From the NCBI GenBank assembly GCA_045601905.1, contig JAZSAM010000040.1:1910-65909 (forward strand): DNA of 64,000 nucleotides, in the 5' to 3' direction. How positions within the stretch are numbered: position 1 is the first letter of the stretch; each line of letters starts with the position of its first letter. Shown piece by piece: positions 62,712 through 64,000 of the stretch. The notes beneath the pieces were generated by a model that did not search any database, was not told the origin of the DNA, and saw only the letters and a program-made list of their open reading frames with translations. The position numbers and the translations under genes are program-made. This stretch comes from Acutalibacteraceae bacterium. GTDB taxonomy: Bacteria > Bacillota > Clostridia > Oscillospirales > Acutalibacteraceae.

Positions 62712-64000
62712 ATGTTTTTATCAATGAATTGGATTTCAGATTTTGTTGATCTGGAAGGCATCGATAAGCTTGAGCTTATCCATCGTTTTTCACTTTCAAC
62801 AGCTGAAGTAGAGAATGAAATTTTCTTCAAGGGTAGTGACATCAGCGGTATTGTTGTTGCTGAAATCAAGGAAGTAAATGATCATCCCGAATCAAAGAAG
62901 CTTCATCTTCTTAAGGTTGATGCAGGTGACGGAAAGCTTACGGATGTTGTCTGCGGTGCACCTAATGTAAGAGTAGGCATGAAGACTGCTTTTGCGAAAA
63001 TCGGTGCAAAAATCGGTGAAATTGAAATCACTCCCCGAGCTCTTGCAGGCTACACCTCCTACGGTATGTGCTGTAGTGAAAAGGAGATCGGCATCAGCGA
63101 CGACAACTCAGGTATTATGGACATCCTTGAGGATGTTGCAAACGGCACCGATATCAAGGACCTTTATGAGGTAGAGGATATTGTCTTCGAGGTTGACAAC
63201 AAGTCACTTACAAACCGCCCTGACCTTTGGGGTCATTACGGCATTGCAAGAGAATTTGCTGCACTTTGCGGCAGACCCCTCAAGCCTCTTGATGTGGTTG
63301 ACCTTTCAGCTTATAACAATCTTCCTCAGATTGATATGAAAATTGAGGACAAGCTTTGTCAGCGTTATTCCTGCCTTCAGGTTGAAAACATCACGAAGTA
63401 TGTCAGCCCCGTAAATATGAGAATTCGTCTTTTCTATTGCGGAATGAGAGGCATCAATCTTCTTGCTGACCTTACAAACTACCTTATGCTTGAAATGGGA
63501 CAGCCCATGCACGCCTTTGATTCTCGCAAGGTTGAAAAGCTTCGTATCAAGCGATTCGACAAGCCCTTCACCTTTGAAACTCTTGACGGCGTTAAGAGAG
63601 ACATTGACGAAAATACTCTTATGATCTGTAACGGCGACACCCCCGTTGCGATTGCCGGCATTATGGGCGGTCTTGACAGTGAAATAGTTGAGGACACAAC
63701 AAGACTCACCCTTGAAAGTGCAACCTTTGACGCAGTTTCAATCCGTAAGTCAACAGTTCGTCTTGCTCACAGAACCGATGCTTCGCAGCGTTACGAGAAG
63801 TGCCTTGATCCCGAGCTTACAGTTCCCGCAATCGCACGCTTTGTCAAGCTTCTTCAGGATATCGATAGCGGCGTTACGGTTGTCTCCTCACTTACTGATG
63901 AATATGCCGTTAAGTACGACGATGTTACTCTTTCATTTGATAAGAGCTTCGTTGACCGTTACACCGGTATCGAAATCAGTAATGAAACAATCGTAAAAAC
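62712..64000 (+). CDS. pheT: phenylalanine--tRNA ligase beta subunit (5' part, runs off the window)
   Basis: MFLSMNWISDFVDL... and the tRNA-binding domain sequence HPESKKLHLLKVDAGDG. The frame is open to nt 64000. It is absent from the ORF track because it has no stop. Confidence 0.95.
   Translation, partial: MFLSMNWISDFVDLEGIDKLELIHRFSLSTAEVENEIFFKGSDISGIVVAEIKEVNDHPESKKLHLLKVDAGDGKLTDVVCGAPNVRVGMKTAFAKIGAKIGEIEITPRALAGYTSYGMCCSEKEIGISDDNSGIMDILEDVANGTDIKDLYEVEDIVFEVDNKSLTNRPDLWGHYGIAREFAALCGRPLKPLDVVDLSAYNNLPQIDMKIEDKLCQRYSCLQVENITKYVSPVNMRIRLFYCGMRGINLLADLTNYLMLEMGQPMHAFDSRKVEKLRIKRFDKPFTFETLDGVKRDIDENTLMICNGDTPVAIAGIMGGLDSEIVEDTTRLTLESATFDAVSIRKSTVRLAHRTDASQRYEKCLDPELTVPAIARFVKLLQDIDSGVTVVSSLTDEYAVKYDDVTLSFDKSFVDRYTGIEISNETIVK

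Overview
The window looks like chromosome from a mid-GC Firmicute, probably Clostridia. This is inferred from gene content: spoVAC, ytvI, ricT/yaaT, Prp plus an N-extended L27, and a T-box upstream of pheST. No database search was possible, so every family assignment rests on motifs I recognised by eye in the translations.

About two thirds of the window is housekeeping:
- the pgk-tpiA-gpmI glycolysis operon
- topB and an M16 peptidase pair
- nrdDG-dut
- AlaX-type editing protein and DUF1015
- trmL
- hom-lysC
- holB-ricT
- rfbCD
- tmcAL and mtaB
- rplU-prp-rpmA
- pheST

The accessory part lies at about 28.1-41.2 kb:
1. A 1.4 kb non-coding tract holds nested ~275 bp elements bounded by terminal inverted repeats, in the order A-B-A, followed by a copy of a second ~270-290 bp structured repeat (family C).
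2. A minus-strand operon encodes a SipW-type signal peptidase and four secreted proteins that are TasA/camelysin-like or carry a SipW-type signal. One carries a sortase-type sorting signal. The last gene ends in a single TAA that is in frame with a 150-codon homologous extension. A third, inverted copy of element A sits inside the operon.
3. A 38-codon ORF with a strong RBS and its own terminator.
4. A phage head-only morphogenesis module (terS, terL, portal, protease, capsid, connectors) with no integrase, replication, tail or lysis genes.

Other points of interest:
- Repeat family C occurs five times, always at gene 3' ends.
- Short heptamer arrays recur in intergenic DNA.
- A secreted LCAT-like hydrolase has a GxCxGG nucleophile box.
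- A 747-aa protein is an internal tandem duplication.
- TpiA has a non-canonical loop 6.
- A cluster of secreted proteins shares an uncharacterised Cys/aromatic C-terminal module.

I saw no rRNA, tRNA or CRISPR array.
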